A DNA stretch of 64,000 nt from Campylobacteraceae bacterium (GTDB taxonomy: Bacteria; Campylobacterota; Campylobacteria; Campylobacterales; Sulfurovaceae). Position 1 is the stretch's first letter. The number at the start of each line of letters is the position of its first letter. Position numbers and translations under genes: made by a program. The DNA is taken from positions 440 through 64,439 of the forward strand of contig JALWDJ010000091.1 of assembly GCA_027014605.1 (NCBI GenBank). Direction: 5' to 3'. Shown here piece by piece: positions 17,668 through 28,532 of this stretch. The notes beneath the pieces are model-generated. The model did not search any database, was not told where the DNA came from, and saw only the letters and a list, made by a program, of their open reading frames with translations.

Positions 17668-19227
17668 TTAAATTATTTTTTTTTCTGTTACTATAATAGT
17701 AGTTTTTATATTTTTTGTAAAATTAATATTTATAGAATTAGCTTTGATTTTCCTATTAAATCCATCAGATAGGTAATATTTAGAAAAATTTAATCTATTA
17801 TTATTTAATTTAATATGTTTTCTTATATATGCTTTAGATATTAAATTATGAAAGTGTAATCTTAAGATGGCATTACTATTTTTATTTAATCTATCTTCTA
17901 TAACCACTCTATCTTTATAGAAACTCCATCTTCTTGTATGTAAGATATCTCCATATCCATTATGAGTCGCCTCTATATAGTTATCTGCTTCTACTATATT
18001 AAAAATATTAGCTCTATCTCCGACTCTAAATCCACCCCACACCTCAATCTGATTTTTACCATTAATCTCTACTGTATTATGAGCTTTGGTTGACCTCTCT
18101 ATATCTCTTCTATTAGATACCTCATAGGTGGTAATTCCACTATCTACAATAAATGGTTTACCATTAACTTTTAATTCAAAATTGAAAATATCAGAGTGTG
18201 TATGTCCTGCAATATATTTAGCAGATATTGAGCCAATATCTAATATTAGTTCATAATTACCTTTTGATATTTTTCTATATCCACTCTCTTTTAATTTAAT
18301 TTTGGCTCTTTCTACTTTTAATCTTTTTGCATAATTAAATAACTCTATAGTTGTTGGTGCTATATCTTTAGTGCTATCATTTAAGAGTGGAATATCTCCA
18401 TCTCTATAGCTAATGGCATCTAACCACCCTAACATAATCTCTGCTTTTTTAATTAAAAATTCTAAAAGATTACTATCTTTTATCCAATCATTATTGTTTT
18501 TTAATAGATTAATAGAGTCTAATACTCTAAATAGCATAATCTGATGATACATTGGGCTAAGTTCAAAATGTCCACCATCACTTAATATCTGCTCATCTAA
18601 CTCTTTAAATAGTATATCTTTTGCTTTTTGATAGAGAGTATAGTCTCTAAAGTAGTATCCTCCAAATAGTAAAGAAAAGCCATTCTCTAATAGATGATTT
18701 CCTAAAAGATGATACTCTAAATTATCCATTAATATATAATATTGGGCATATAGAGACTCATCTATCTTTTTATCTCTTATATTATATAGAGATATAAACT
18801 TAATCCAATTTACACCCCTTAGGCTAATAGGAAATGGCTCTAATCCATCTTTTATACTATCTATATTATCTATAAAATCATATATTAAAGATATATCATC
18901 TATTTTAGATAGAAAATCAAAATATGTAAGATTATATGTCCATAGTTTACCATATCTACTATAGTTCCAATCTATTTTATCAAATCTCTTAGATAGATTT
19001 AAAAAGCTAAACTCTCCATTGGAGTAGCTAGATTTAACTCTAATAGATTTTTGTAGCTTTAATGTATTTGAGTTTGACTCTTTAGAGTATTTGTATTCTA
19101 TTTTAAATATCTTTCTAGCTCTATTTCTTATAATATAATAGACTCTATAGTAGATTTGAATTGGTTTCAAAAACTTAATAGTATTTATATATCTTCTCAT
19201 AACTCTACCTAATATTAAATAGTTCAA
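17668..19227 (-). CDS. heparinase II/III-like family protein (lyase or C5-epimerase-like fold)
   Basis: 519 aa; HLLGNHLLENGFSLLFGG; GHTHSDIFNFEL...STKAHNTVEINGKNQ; no signal peptide; alternative ATG at 19200. Confidence 0.65.
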   Translation of the reverse strand: MNYLILGRVMRRYINTIKFLKPIQIYYRVYYIIRNRARKIFKIEYKYSKESNSNTLKLQKSIRVKSSYSNGEFSFLNLSKRFDKIDWNYSRYGKLWTYNLTYFDFLSKIDDISLIYDFIDNIDSIKDGLEPFPISLRGVNWIKFISLYNIRDKKIDESLYAQYYILMDNLEYHLLGNHLLENGFSLLFGGYYFRDYTLYQKAKDILFKELDEQILSDGGHFELSPMYHQIMLFRVLDSINLLKNNNDWIKDSNLLEFLIKKAEIMLGWLDAISYRDGDIPLLNDSTKDIAPTTIELFNYAKRLKVERAKIKLKESGYRKISKGNYELILDIGSISAKYIAGHTHSDIFNFELKVNGKPFIVDSGITTYEVSNRRDIERSTKAHNTVEINGKNQIEVWGGFRVGDRANIFNIVEADNYIEATHNGYGDILHTRRWSFYKDRVVIEDRLNKNSNAILRLHFHNLISKAYIRKHIKLNNNRLNFSKYYLSDGFNRKIKANSININFTKNIKTTIIVTEKKII

Positions 19228-20272
19228 ATAGCTTTTTAGAGTTATTATCTATTGAGTGGTTCTTATATAGTATCTTTTGGGCATTTTTAGAAAACTTCTC
19301 TTTTAACTCTTTAGACTCTCCCAATCTTCTAATAGATTTATATAGTTTTAGTCTATCTTTTGGTTTTATTAAAAATCCATTATAGTTATCTATTACACTC
19401 TCTGATATACCTCCAACATCAGTAGAGATTATAGGTAATCTATAGTTTAATGCCTCTGATATTACATTAGCAAACCCCTCTGCATAAGAGGGTAGTATTA
19501 AGACATCTACTCTCTCATATATTTTAGCTACCTCATCTTGAGTTAACCACCCCATAAATTTAATATTTTTAAAATCTCTACTCTTATATCTCAACTCATC
19601 TAATAGTGAACCTCCACCAATAAATATAAAATTATATTTTTTTAAATCACTATGTTTAACTATAACATCAAATAAATCAACTACCCCTTTCTTCTCTACT
19701 ATAGCCCCAACATATAAAAAAGTTGTATTATCTGTAAACTCTCTACTATAATCTCTAATCTCTATCCAGTTTAAAATCTTAACTAGCTTATCTTTTTTAA
19801 CTCCTATCTTTTTATAAAACTCTTCCCATTTACCACCCTGATGACCTATATAGGATAATCTATTTAATAAAAATTTCTTAATTGGAATATTGTAATTTTT
19901 TTTAATTACAGACTCCATAAAGTGTCCTGAACGGATAAAAAATAGAGTCTCTACTCCTTTATGTTCTATAGTTAAAGAGAATATAAGCTTCTCCCAAAAA
20001 CCTAATCCAAATGTTGCAAAGACTAATGCACCTCTATAACTTCTCTTTTTAAGAGTAGATTTTAGCTCTCTATATCTGCTAAATGACATCTTAATCTTAT
20101 CTATATTTGATGGTGGAGGATAAGCACTTCTAAAAATATCTATAATATCATAAGATATAGACTCTCTATCCATATACTCTACTAAATTAGATATGGCAGT
20201 TAACTGCCCACCTGCATAGTTTATATCTCTATTAAATGGGCTAGGACCTAATATTAATATATCTCTTTTCAT
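19205..20272 (-). CDS. GT4 glycosyltransferase
   Basis: 355 aa; PSYAEGFANVISEALNYRLPIISTDVGG (EX7E). Confidence 0.8.
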   Translation of the reverse strand: MKRDILILGPSPFNRDINYAGGQLTAISNLVEYMDRESISYDIIDIFRSAYPPPSNIDKIKMSFSRYRELKSTLKKRSYRGALVFATFGLGFWEKLIFSLTIEHKGVETLFFIRSGHFMESVIKKNYNIPIKKFLLNRLSYIGHQGGKWEEFYKKIGVKKDKLVKILNWIEIRDYSREFTDNTTFLYVGAIVEKKGVVDLFDVIVKHSDLKKYNFIFIGGGSLLDELRYKSRDFKNIKFMGWLTQDEVAKIYERVDVLILPSYAEGFANVISEALNYRLPIISTDVGGISESVIDNYNGFLIKPKDRLKLYKSIRRLGESKELKEKFSKNAQKILYKNHSIDNNSKKLFELFNIR

Positions 20273-22113
20273 AATTTTATATCCTTGTTTCTATTTAACC
20301 ACATAGATAAATTTAAAATCTTCCATAATAAAAATCCATGGTCTCTTTTTCCTAAGATATGTTCATCTATAACTCTTGAAATATCTTTTGTATATATAGA
20401 AGATGAGCTAATCTCATCTCTCATAAAATTAGACATTGAACTCTTTAGCCAATATGAGAATGGTACTCCAAAGCCTCTCTTTGTACCATATAAAATTTTA
20501 TCTGGTACAACTCCCTCAAAGGCTCTTTTTAGTAGATATTTCTTCTCTTTTCCATATACTTTATATTTTGAGGGGAGTGACATGACATAATCTACTAGAT
20601 TATTATCTAAAAATGGAACACGTATCTCTAAGCTATTTGCCATAGTTGCTCTATCTACTTTTTCTAAATATTGGTCTGGAAGTATAATATTCATATCTGT
20701 ATAGAGTAGCTCTTGAAGTAAATCCATATTTTTAAATTTTTCATGAAAAGATAGATGATATTTAAAAGGATTAACCTCCATTAGTTTATCTCTATACTCC
20801 TTTTTAAATAGATTTAGACTTGACTCTTTTATCATCTCTTGAGAGTAAAATCTTGCAGGAATTAATGCTCTATCTTTTTGTACTATTGCATACATCGAAC
20901 GGAGCATTCTATAGTATCTACTAGATTTAGGGATAAGAAAATCAAACGATGTTATAGTTTTAGAGAATAGTTTAAAAGCTCTCTCATTTTTTGCTCTAAA
21001 GTAGTATTTATATCCTGCAAATAGCTCATCTCCCCCATCCCCTTGAAGAACAACTTTATGTTTCTCCTTTAACTCTCTACTCATAAGATATAGTGGTATA
21101 TTTGCTGCATCTCCAAATGGTTGGTCAAAATAGTAGTTAACCCTCTCTAAAACATCTACTGTATCATCTCCTTTAATATGAAACTCATAATGTTCTGTAT
21201 TGAATTTCTCTGATATAAATTTAGCATTTGGTAGCTCATTAAACCCCTTATCAAAATCAAATCCAGCAGAGAATGTTTTTAATTTACCACTGTAATGTTT
21301 AGATGCAAATGCAGTAATAGCAGTAGAATCAACTCCACCACTTAAAAATATCCCTATAGGTACATCTGATACCAATTGAGATTTAACACTCTTCTCAAAT
21401 AAATCTTTTACATTATATATAGCCTCCTCTAAACTATCAGTTGAGGGAATTATACTATAGTTTAATCTATAAGGATAGATATTTATAGTTTTATTATGAT
21501 ACTCTATATAGTGACCTGCTTTTAGTTTTTTTATTCCACTATAAAAGGTACTCTCTCCAAGTGTTGTAGAGAAGTGCATATACTCATATAGTCCTTGATA
21601 TGATAACTCTTTTTTTACCAATTTAGATTTTAATATAGCTTTTATCTCTGAAGCAAAAATAAGATTTTGCTTATCATAATAGTAGTATAGAGGTTTGATT
21701 CCAAAACGGTCTCTTACTATATATAGTCTATCTTTCATCTTATCATATATTGCAAATGCAAACATACCATTTAGCTTTTTAAAAAGCTCTACTCCCCACT
21801 CCATAAAACCTTTTAGTATAACCTCTGTATCTGAATTGGTTTTAAACTTATAACCTAAACTATAGAGAGTCTCTCTTATATCTTTAAAATTATATATCTC
21901 TCCATTATAAACTAAAACATAATCTCTATTACTTTCTACCATAGGTTGATTTGCATCTTTAGACAAATCTAATATAGAAAGTCTTGCATGTCCTAGATAT
22001 ATGGTATCATCTTTATATACTCCTTGAAAATCTGGACCTCTATGTTTTATAGAGTTTACCATCTCTTCTATATTTAAATTATAATCTGTAACTCCACCAC
22101 ATATACCACACAT
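20269..22113 (-). CDS. asparagine synthase (glutamine-hydrolysing)-like amidotransferase, copy 1
   Basis: 614 aa; MCGICGG Ntn-Cys; VPIGIFLSGGVDS PP-loop. Confidence 0.85.
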   Translation of the reverse strand: MCGICGGVTDYNLNIEEMVNSIKHRGPDFQGVYKDDTIYLGHARLSILDLSKDANQPMVESNRDYVLVYNGEIYNFKDIRETLYSLGYKFKTNSDTEVILKGFMEWGVELFKKLNGMFAFAIYDKMKDRLYIVRDRFGIKPLYYYYDKQNLIFASEIKAILKSKLVKKELSYQGLYEYMHFSTTLGESTFYSGIKKLKAGHYIEYHNKTINIYPYRLNYSIIPSTDSLEEAIYNVKDLFEKSVKSQLVSDVPIGIFLSGGVDSTAITAFASKHYSGKLKTFSAGFDFDKGFNELPNAKFISEKFNTEHYEFHIKGDDTVDVLERVNYYFDQPFGDAANIPLYLMSRELKEKHKVVLQGDGGDELFAGYKYYFRAKNERAFKLFSKTITSFDFLIPKSSRYYRMLRSMYAIVQKDRALIPARFYSQEMIKESSLNLFKKEYRDKLMEVNPFKYHLSFHEKFKNMDLLQELLYTDMNIILPDQYLEKVDRATMANSLEIRVPFLDNNLVDYVMSLPSKYKVYGKEKKYLLKRAFEGVVPDKILYGTKRGFGVPFSYWLKSSMSNFMRDEISSSSIYTKDISRVIDEHILGKRDHGFLLWKILNLSMWLNRNKDIKL

Positions 22114-23181
22114 CTAAATCACTCCTTTAAAAAAACTGTTTATATCAGAGTTTATTATCTCTCTATCTAAATCTTTAAGCTCTTTATATCTTAATATGGC
22201 ATCTGCTAACTCTTTAATATTTTCAACTTCAACTAAAAACCCATTTTTACCATCTCTTATAAGCTCACTCATAAATGGGATACATCTAGTAGCTATTATT
22301 GGTTTTTTTAGATATATATTTTCTAATACAGCATTTGGTAACCCTTCCCATCTTGAAGATAAGACAAATAGGTCACTATATCTATAGTATATATATGGAT
22401 TTGTTTTAAACCCCAAAAGATGAACTATATCTATTAACTCTAAGCTTTTAATTAAATCTCTATATTTATCTATCTCTCTATCATAATCTGGACCTATAAT
22501 ATGGAGTCTAAAGTTACTGTTTTTTAAGTAAACTTCTTTAAAAGCTTTGATTAAAATATCAAAACCCTTCTCTTTTGACAATCTTCCTGAAGCAACCACA
22601 TTTATATAGTTTTCATTAAATGGATTTTTTTGATTTTTTATAGATTTTTCTATTAGATTTTTATCTAAAGGATTTATTAAAACTCTTATCTTATCTCTAT
22701 CTAAATTATAATACTCTACTGCTTCATCTCTCATCTCTGGAGTCTGTGCAATTATTATATTAGCACTTTTTAAAGATTTATTTAAAAATAGATTAAATAT
22801 AAAGCTATATTTTATATATTTAGCTACCGATTTAGGAGAACTAGGTATTCTCATAATACTCTTAGGTCTATTTTTTAAACTAATAAGTGCTAAATATATA
22901 GCTATATGGGAACGATTTAGAGATGAGTATATAATATCTGGCTCTATCTTTTTTATAATTTTTCTTAATTTTAATATAGAGTATATAGTTTTATTTATAT
23001 TAAGAGATATTGTAACTATATCTTTGGGTATTAGATGTAGAGAATTTCCTATCTTATCTGTACCTAAAATAAGATATATATGATATGCTCTCTTATCTAA
23101 CTCTTTTATAATATTAATTGTAACTCTCTCTGCTCCACCACCACTCATAAGTGGTAAAAAAAATATTATTTTTTTTCTCAT
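22114..23181 (-). CDS. GT4 glycosyltransferase
   Basis: 355 aa; SSRWEGLPNAVLENIYLKKPIIATRC. Confidence 0.8.
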   Translation of the reverse strand: MRKKIIFFLPLMSGGGAERVTINIIKELDKRAYHIYLILGTDKIGNSLHLIPKDIVTISLNINKTIYSILKLRKIIKKIEPDIIYSSLNRSHIAIYLALISLKNRPKSIMRIPSSPKSVAKYIKYSFIFNLFLNKSLKSANIIIAQTPEMRDEAVEYYNLDRDKIRVLINPLDKNLIEKSIKNQKNPFNENYINVVASGRLSKEKGFDILIKAFKEVYLKNSNFRLHIIGPDYDREIDKYRDLIKSLELIDIVHLLGFKTNPYIYYRYSDLFVLSSRWEGLPNAVLENIYLKKPIIATRCIPFMSELIRDGKNGFLVEVENIKELADAILRYKELKDLDREIINSDINSFFKGVI

Positions 23182-23194
23182 ATTAAACTCTTTT

Positions 23195-24583
23195 TTATAA
23201 TTTCATATAATTAAATATTAAAGTAAGAGTAACATAAGATAAAAACATAAAAGTCCATACTTTAGTTCTCTCACTAATGCTCATTTCTAAATAGCTAAAT
23301 ACCATTATTAAATATAAAATAGGATATACAGCCATCTGTCTTCGTTGATTAAACTCCATAGCTGCAATGAGTACTAGATAGATTATAGAGAATATAAACA
23401 TAATGGTAATTTTTAAATCTATTTTCTTATATATTCTCTTTTTAAATATACCATATAATAAAAATCCCCAACCAAAATACCAAGTAATTCCTGCTAATAG
23501 ATAAACAAATTGAAACATCCCCTTTTTAGATGTAAATATTAGTGATGGAGGAAATGGTTGCATTTGGGAAAAACCTAAAAGTGCTATATAGTTTGTTCCA
23601 AATGGTAAGTTTGCAATTTTAGCACCTAGAGAACCTGATGAGGTATGTTCTGATATATGTTCTGCTGAACTATTAAATGTTTGATTATATATTGTCATAA
23701 GATAATCATTATTTAGTACAATTAATATAAGAACTATAAGAACTATTATATATATATATAATCTTATAAAATTATTTTTAATAGTCAAGTTTACAAATTG
23801 AAAGAAGTATATAACTGTAAATCCTACCATAAATATACCTGTTTGCTCTCTAAAATAGTAAGATGCAATAGAAAATAGAACTAAAATGATTAATCTAATT
23901 ATAGATATTCTCTCTAGTAAGATATAAAAAGTTGTTATATACATAAGAGCTATATGTATATCTCTTAGTAACATACTAGATAGATATGGAACAAATGAAA
24001 ATAATCCATAGACTATAGCTACAGTAGTAGATATTTTTTCATTAAAATATAATTTAGCAATAGAGTACATTATACTAGGAATAAGAGCTGATATTAAAGT
24101 AACTGCCTCTTTTTGAACTAAAAATGTATGTTTTCCAAAAAGTTTAGATAATCTTGCGATTTGAGCATTAAAATATATTGATCCAGGTAAATCTAAATAA
24201 CCTTTTATTTTAGCTATATCTTCAAATTTATAACTTAATCTAATCTTGTTAGCAACATCTCTAGCACCCTCATGAAATAGACCTTCATCAGATTCTACAA
24301 ATGGATATGGAGTATTGTAGTACTCCATAAGACCAAAGTGTATAATAAATGTATATATAAGATATATAAGAAAGAATATTAAAAAAATATATATACCATT
24401 TTTAATATTCTCAACTCTATTAATAATAGATAGAAATATAATCCCAATAGCTATAAATATATAAGGGAGTGTAAATATAGCAATATTGTTATCTAAATAT
24501 GCACCCAATAGTGAAACTATAGGGATAAGTATTAGACTAACCATTATATATCTACTATCAATAGAGTATCTCTCATCTATCAT
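23195..24583 (-). CDS. polytopic membrane protein, candidate Wzy-type polymerase
   Basis: 462 aa with about 10-12 hydrophobic segments; the only non-flippase polytopic protein in the Wzx/Wzc locus. Confidence 0.45.
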   Translation of the reverse strand: MIDERYSIDSRYIMVSLILIPIVSLLGAYLDNNIAIFTLPYIFIAIGIIFLSIINRVENIKNGIYIFLIFFLIYLIYTFIIHFGLMEYYNTPYPFVESDEGLFHEGARDVANKIRLSYKFEDIAKIKGYLDLPGSIYFNAQIARLSKLFGKHTFLVQKEAVTLISALIPSIMYSIAKLYFNEKISTTVAIVYGLFSFVPYLSSMLLRDIHIALMYITTFYILLERISIIRLIILVLFSIASYYFREQTGIFMVGFTVIYFFQFVNLTIKNNFIRLYIYIIVLIVLILIVLNNDYLMTIYNQTFNSSAEHISEHTSSGSLGAKIANLPFGTNYIALLGFSQMQPFPPSLIFTSKKGMFQFVYLLAGITWYFGWGFLLYGIFKKRIYKKIDLKITIMFIFSIIYLVLIAAMEFNQRRQMAVYPILYLIMVFSYLEMSISERTKVWTFMFLSYVTLTLIFNYMKL

Positions 24584-24594
24584 AACTATATCCT

Positions 24595-26451
24595 CTATTT
24601 TATATATTTCTCATACCACATCTGAAATATTAAAATATTCCATAATAATACAACATTTTTTTTACTTAATTTTTTATACTCTTTATATATATATTTTTTG
24701 TTTAAGAGGTTATGTCTATCTAGTTTAGATTTTTGAAAATATATCTCAAATAGTTTTTTTAAATCTGAACTAAACCATTCAAATATAGGAATACCAAATC
24801 CCATCTTTTTTCTATATATCATCTCCTTTGGAATATATCTCTCTAAAACTTTTTTTAGTAGATATTTACTATCTCCATTTTTATATTTCATCTCAAATGG
24901 AACTTGTGCCATAAATTCAGCTATTGTGTGGTCAAGGAGTGGCTCTCTTCCTTCAATAGATAGACTCATTGTAGCTCTATCAACTTTAGTTAAAATATCA
25001 TCAACCATATATCTATGATAATCCCACAACATCATACCCTGCATAGGAGCTATCTTTTCTCCAACTTTAAAGCTAACCTCATCTATCTTTTTTGTAAAAT
25101 CTAATAATTCATCTATATCATAACTTGTTAATGCTAGGTATATATCTTTCCAACTATTACTATTTTTTAAAATTTTATGTATCAATTTATATTTAAACTC
25201 TATATTGCTATTAGTTATAATTTTCGAGATATTATTATCACCTATTAAATCCATAATAGAGCCAATTCCACTTCTAATAGGATATGGAATTTTAAATATC
25301 TTCTCTCCAATACTATTAATAGTCCAATATCTACTATATCCACAAAATATCTCATCTCCACCATCTGCACTTAATACAACTTTTACATCTGCATCTCTTG
25401 CTATTTGAGATACTAAAGTTGTTGGTATTCCACTACTATCTCCAAATGGTTCATCATAAATCTCAACAAATCTATCTAATATATCTTTGGCACCTGAAGC
25501 ATCTAAATATCTCTCTGTATGGGTTGTTCCTATATATTCTGCTACCTCTTTAGCATATCTAGCTTCATTATATTTGTCTTCTTTAAAACCTATTGTAAAG
25601 GTGTGTATATTTCCGTAGTGTTTTTGTAAAATCGATGCTACAATACTACTATCAACCCCTCCACTTAAAAATATGCCTATAGGTACATCAGATACCATTC
25701 TATATCTAAAAGCTTTTATTAATATAGACTCCAACTCATCAATTAACTCCTCTTCACTCTTTTTAAATTTTGGAAGTTCAAAAAATGGTAAAATTGACCA
25801 ATACTCTTTTATCTCTATTTTAGATTTTTGTATATCAAATATAAGATAGTTTCCTGCTGGAACTTTATAGCAGTTTTCAAAAATAGATAGATTTGAAGAG
25901 ATATATCCAAACTTAAAATACTCAAATAGTGCATCTTTACTAATTTTTAGCTTTTTACTATTTCTAAAAAATTCCATAATCGCTTTTAGTTCACTAGCAA
26001 AAATAAAATTACTACCATCAAAATAGTAGTATAGTGGTTTAACTCCAACTCTATCTCGAATAAGAGTTAACTCTGAAGATATATTATCATATATAGCAAT
26101 TGCAAACATTCCAATAAATCTATTAATTGCATCTACTCCCCACTTATGGTATGCTTTCAATACTACCTCACTATCACTATATGAGTTAAATCTATAACCA
26201 TAAGTTTTTAGCTCATCTCTTATCTCTTTAAAGTTATATATCTCTCCATTATAGACCATTGATAAATTTTTATAATTCATTGGTTGATGTCCATGTGAAC
26301 TTAAATCTAAAATAGATAATCTAACATGACCTAATGAGAAGTTTTGACTTTCAAAAGTTCCACTATCATCTGGTCCTCTATGTCTAATTGAGTTTATCAT
26401 GGCTTCTAGTTTTTTACTATTCTTACCATTAAATCCTACTATTCCACACAT
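24595..26451 (-). CDS. asparagine synthase (glutamine-hydrolysing)-like amidotransferase, copy 2
   Basis: 618 aa; MCGIVGF; VPIGIFLSGGVDSS. Confidence 0.85.
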   Translation of the reverse strand: MCGIVGFNGKNSKKLEAMINSIRHRGPDDSGTFESQNFSLGHVRLSILDLSSHGHQPMNYKNLSMVYNGEIYNFKEIRDELKTYGYRFNSYSDSEVVLKAYHKWGVDAINRFIGMFAIAIYDNISSELTLIRDRVGVKPLYYYFDGSNFIFASELKAIMEFFRNSKKLKISKDALFEYFKFGYISSNLSIFENCYKVPAGNYLIFDIQKSKIEIKEYWSILPFFELPKFKKSEEELIDELESILIKAFRYRMVSDVPIGIFLSGGVDSSIVASILQKHYGNIHTFTIGFKEDKYNEARYAKEVAEYIGTTHTERYLDASGAKDILDRFVEIYDEPFGDSSGIPTTLVSQIARDADVKVVLSADGGDEIFCGYSRYWTINSIGEKIFKIPYPIRSGIGSIMDLIGDNNISKIITNSNIEFKYKLIHKILKNSNSWKDIYLALTSYDIDELLDFTKKIDEVSFKVGEKIAPMQGMMLWDYHRYMVDDILTKVDRATMSLSIEGREPLLDHTIAEFMAQVPFEMKYKNGDSKYLLKKVLERYIPKEMIYRKKMGFGIPIFEWFSSDLKKLFEIYFQKSKLDRHNLLNKKYIYKEYKKLSKKNVVLLWNILIFQMWYEKYIK

Positions 26452-26455
26452 TTAA

Positions 26456-27499
26456 TTATCCCCTTTTTACTATTTTATCTATTAATCTAAACCATTTAAT
26501 ACCAATCATATCTATAGAGAGTCTTTTAGAAATTTCTGTTGCATTAGAACTTAGTCTATCTCTTACTTTAGGATTATCTATTAAATAATCTATCTTAGAA
26601 GTTAACTCTTCTATATTATTAGACTCAACCAATAGACCATCTTGATTATCTGTTATAATCTCTCTAGGGGCTGATGGACAATCAAAAGATATAACAGCAC
26701 AACCATACCCCATTGCCTCACATAGTACACCAGGAAAACCCTCTGTTTTTGAAGATAGTACAAATATAGAGGCTCTCTTATACTCTATCTCTACATCTTT
26801 TACTAGACCTACTAACTTAACCCTATTTTTTAAATTTAATCTATAAATTAACCTTTCAAGTTTTTCTCTCTCCTCTCCCTCTCCTACAACTCTTAATCTC
26901 CATTCACTGTTTTTAATTTTTGAGAATGCTTTAATTAATAAATCAAATCCCTTTATAGGATTTAATCTCCCAACAGCTAGTATTATTTTTTCTCTTTTAA
27001 TATTTGAATGATTTTGTTTCAATATAAGAGGGTTCTCAATCTTATATCTATTTTTTACAAAATAGTATCTATCTTTATCAGCATTAGTTAATACAACAAG
27101 TCCATCTACAAATGGATAGATAATTCTTCTAACTTTTTTCCATATAGGTTTAATATCTAAAAAATCATAAGCACTTCTCTCTGAGACTAATATTGGTTTA
27201 TTAGCTAATTTTGATGCAATAGTTGCTAATATATTCATCTCTGAAATAAAACTAATAATAATATCTGGATTAATTAATAAAATCTCCTTTTTTAACTCTT
27301 TTATTAATATAAATATAGGTTTTACTCTTTTTAATTCTTTTATTTCTATATCTCTATTTAAAGGGAAAAAATAGTTCCTTTTAGAGGCTATTAGAATAGT
27401 TATTTTATATCCCATATTACTAAAATGGTTTGCAAGAGTTGTTAAAATTTTCTCAGCACCACCTACATTTAATGAGCTAATAATAAATAATATTTTCAT
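26456..27499 (-). CDS. GT4 glycosyltransferase
   Basis: 347 aa; SSKTEGFPGVLCEAMGYGCAVISFDC. Confidence 0.8.
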   Translation of the reverse strand: MKILFIISSLNVGGAEKILTTLANHFSNMGYKITILIASKRNYFFPLNRDIEIKELKRVKPIFILIKELKKEILLINPDIIISFISEMNILATIASKLANKPILVSERSAYDFLDIKPIWKKVRRIIYPFVDGLVVLTNADKDRYYFVKNRYKIENPLILKQNHSNIKREKIILAVGRLNPIKGFDLLIKAFSKIKNSEWRLRVVGEGEEREKLERLIYRLNLKNRVKLVGLVKDVEIEYKRASIFVLSSKTEGFPGVLCEAMGYGCAVISFDCPSAPREIITDNQDGLLVESNNIEELTSKIDYLIDNPKVRDRLSSNATEISKRLSIDMIGIKWFRLIDKIVKRG

Positions 27500-27500
27500 T

Positions 27501-28505
27501 TTATTTTAAAAATTCCATATTTTTAATTTTTGCTAATCCATTATGTAAATCTTGATTTCTATATAATAGATACCATAATATTTTTTGTTTTTTAGAGAAT
27601 AGCTCTCTATATCTATTAAATATCTCATCTCTTATAGATATGTCAATAGTTCTCCTTTTTATAAAAGCTAAACTACTATTATATATAATCTCTTTTATCT
27701 CTTTGTCAAATCTATTATTTAGATACTCATTTACTATAGTTAACATTTTATGAAAAGATAATAGATGATTTTTCTGTTTTTGAGAATTTTTCATAGTTAT
27801 ATTACTCCAAGATGTAGCCTCCCCAACTCTGTATGCAGACATACATCTATTGATATATAAAGCACCACCTCTATTAGAACCTATTATTTGCATAGGATAA
27901 TCTCCTGGTATTATTCTGGTAATATATTTTGGAACTTCTAATATTAATTTTTTTCTAAACATTAAAGATGTAGTAGGGCAGAATTCTCCACCACCTAAAA
28001 TAATCTCTTTTGTGTTAAATATTCTATTGCTATCTGCTTGTTTAGATAACACTCTTCTCTTTTTTCCATTAATAAACTCATATACAGAGTGAAAACTCAT
28101 ATTAACTTCTGGATTTTTTTCCATACTCTCTACTTGAATTTGTAATTTTTTCTTATCTGTCCAAAAATCATCTCCATCACAAAATGCTATATATTTGCCT
28201 TTTACTTTTGGAAATATAAAAGACATCGGATTAATGCCTTGTGAGAACTTGTTCTCTTTTTGATATATAGGTTTTATAATATTTGGAAATTTTGTCTCAT
28301 ACTCTCTTATTATATCTACCGTTCTATCTGTTGATACATCATCATGTATGATTATCTCAAAAGGAAAACTTGTCTCTTGCATTAAAAAACTATCAAGTGC
28401 TTTATTGATATAATATTCATGGTTATAAGTGACACAAGCGATAGTTACTACTATATCACTATTTTTCCAATTTTTTATAATATCTTCTTCTCTTTTATCT
28501 ATCAT
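27501..28505 (-). CDS. GT2 glycosyltransferase
   Basis: 334 aa; VTIACVTYNHEYYI...IIIHDDVSTDRT...CDGDDFW. Confidence 0.8.
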   Translation of the reverse strand: MIDKREEDIIKNWKNSDIVVTIACVTYNHEYYINKALDSFLMQETSFPFEIIIHDDVSTDRTVDIIREYETKFPNIIKPIYQKENKFSQGINPMSFIFPKVKGKYIAFCDGDDFWTDKKKLQIQVESMEKNPEVNMSFHSVYEFINGKKRRVLSKQADSNRIFNTKEIILGGGEFCPTTSLMFRKKLILEVPKYITRIIPGDYPMQIIGSNRGGALYINRCMSAYRVGEATSWSNITMKNSQKQKNHLLSFHKMLTIVNEYLNNRFDKEIKEIIYNSSLAFIKRRTIDISIRDEIFNRYRELFSKKQKILWYLLYRNQDLHNGLAKIKNMEFLK

Positions 28506-28532
28506 ATTCTTATTATCCTTTTATTTAATTTC

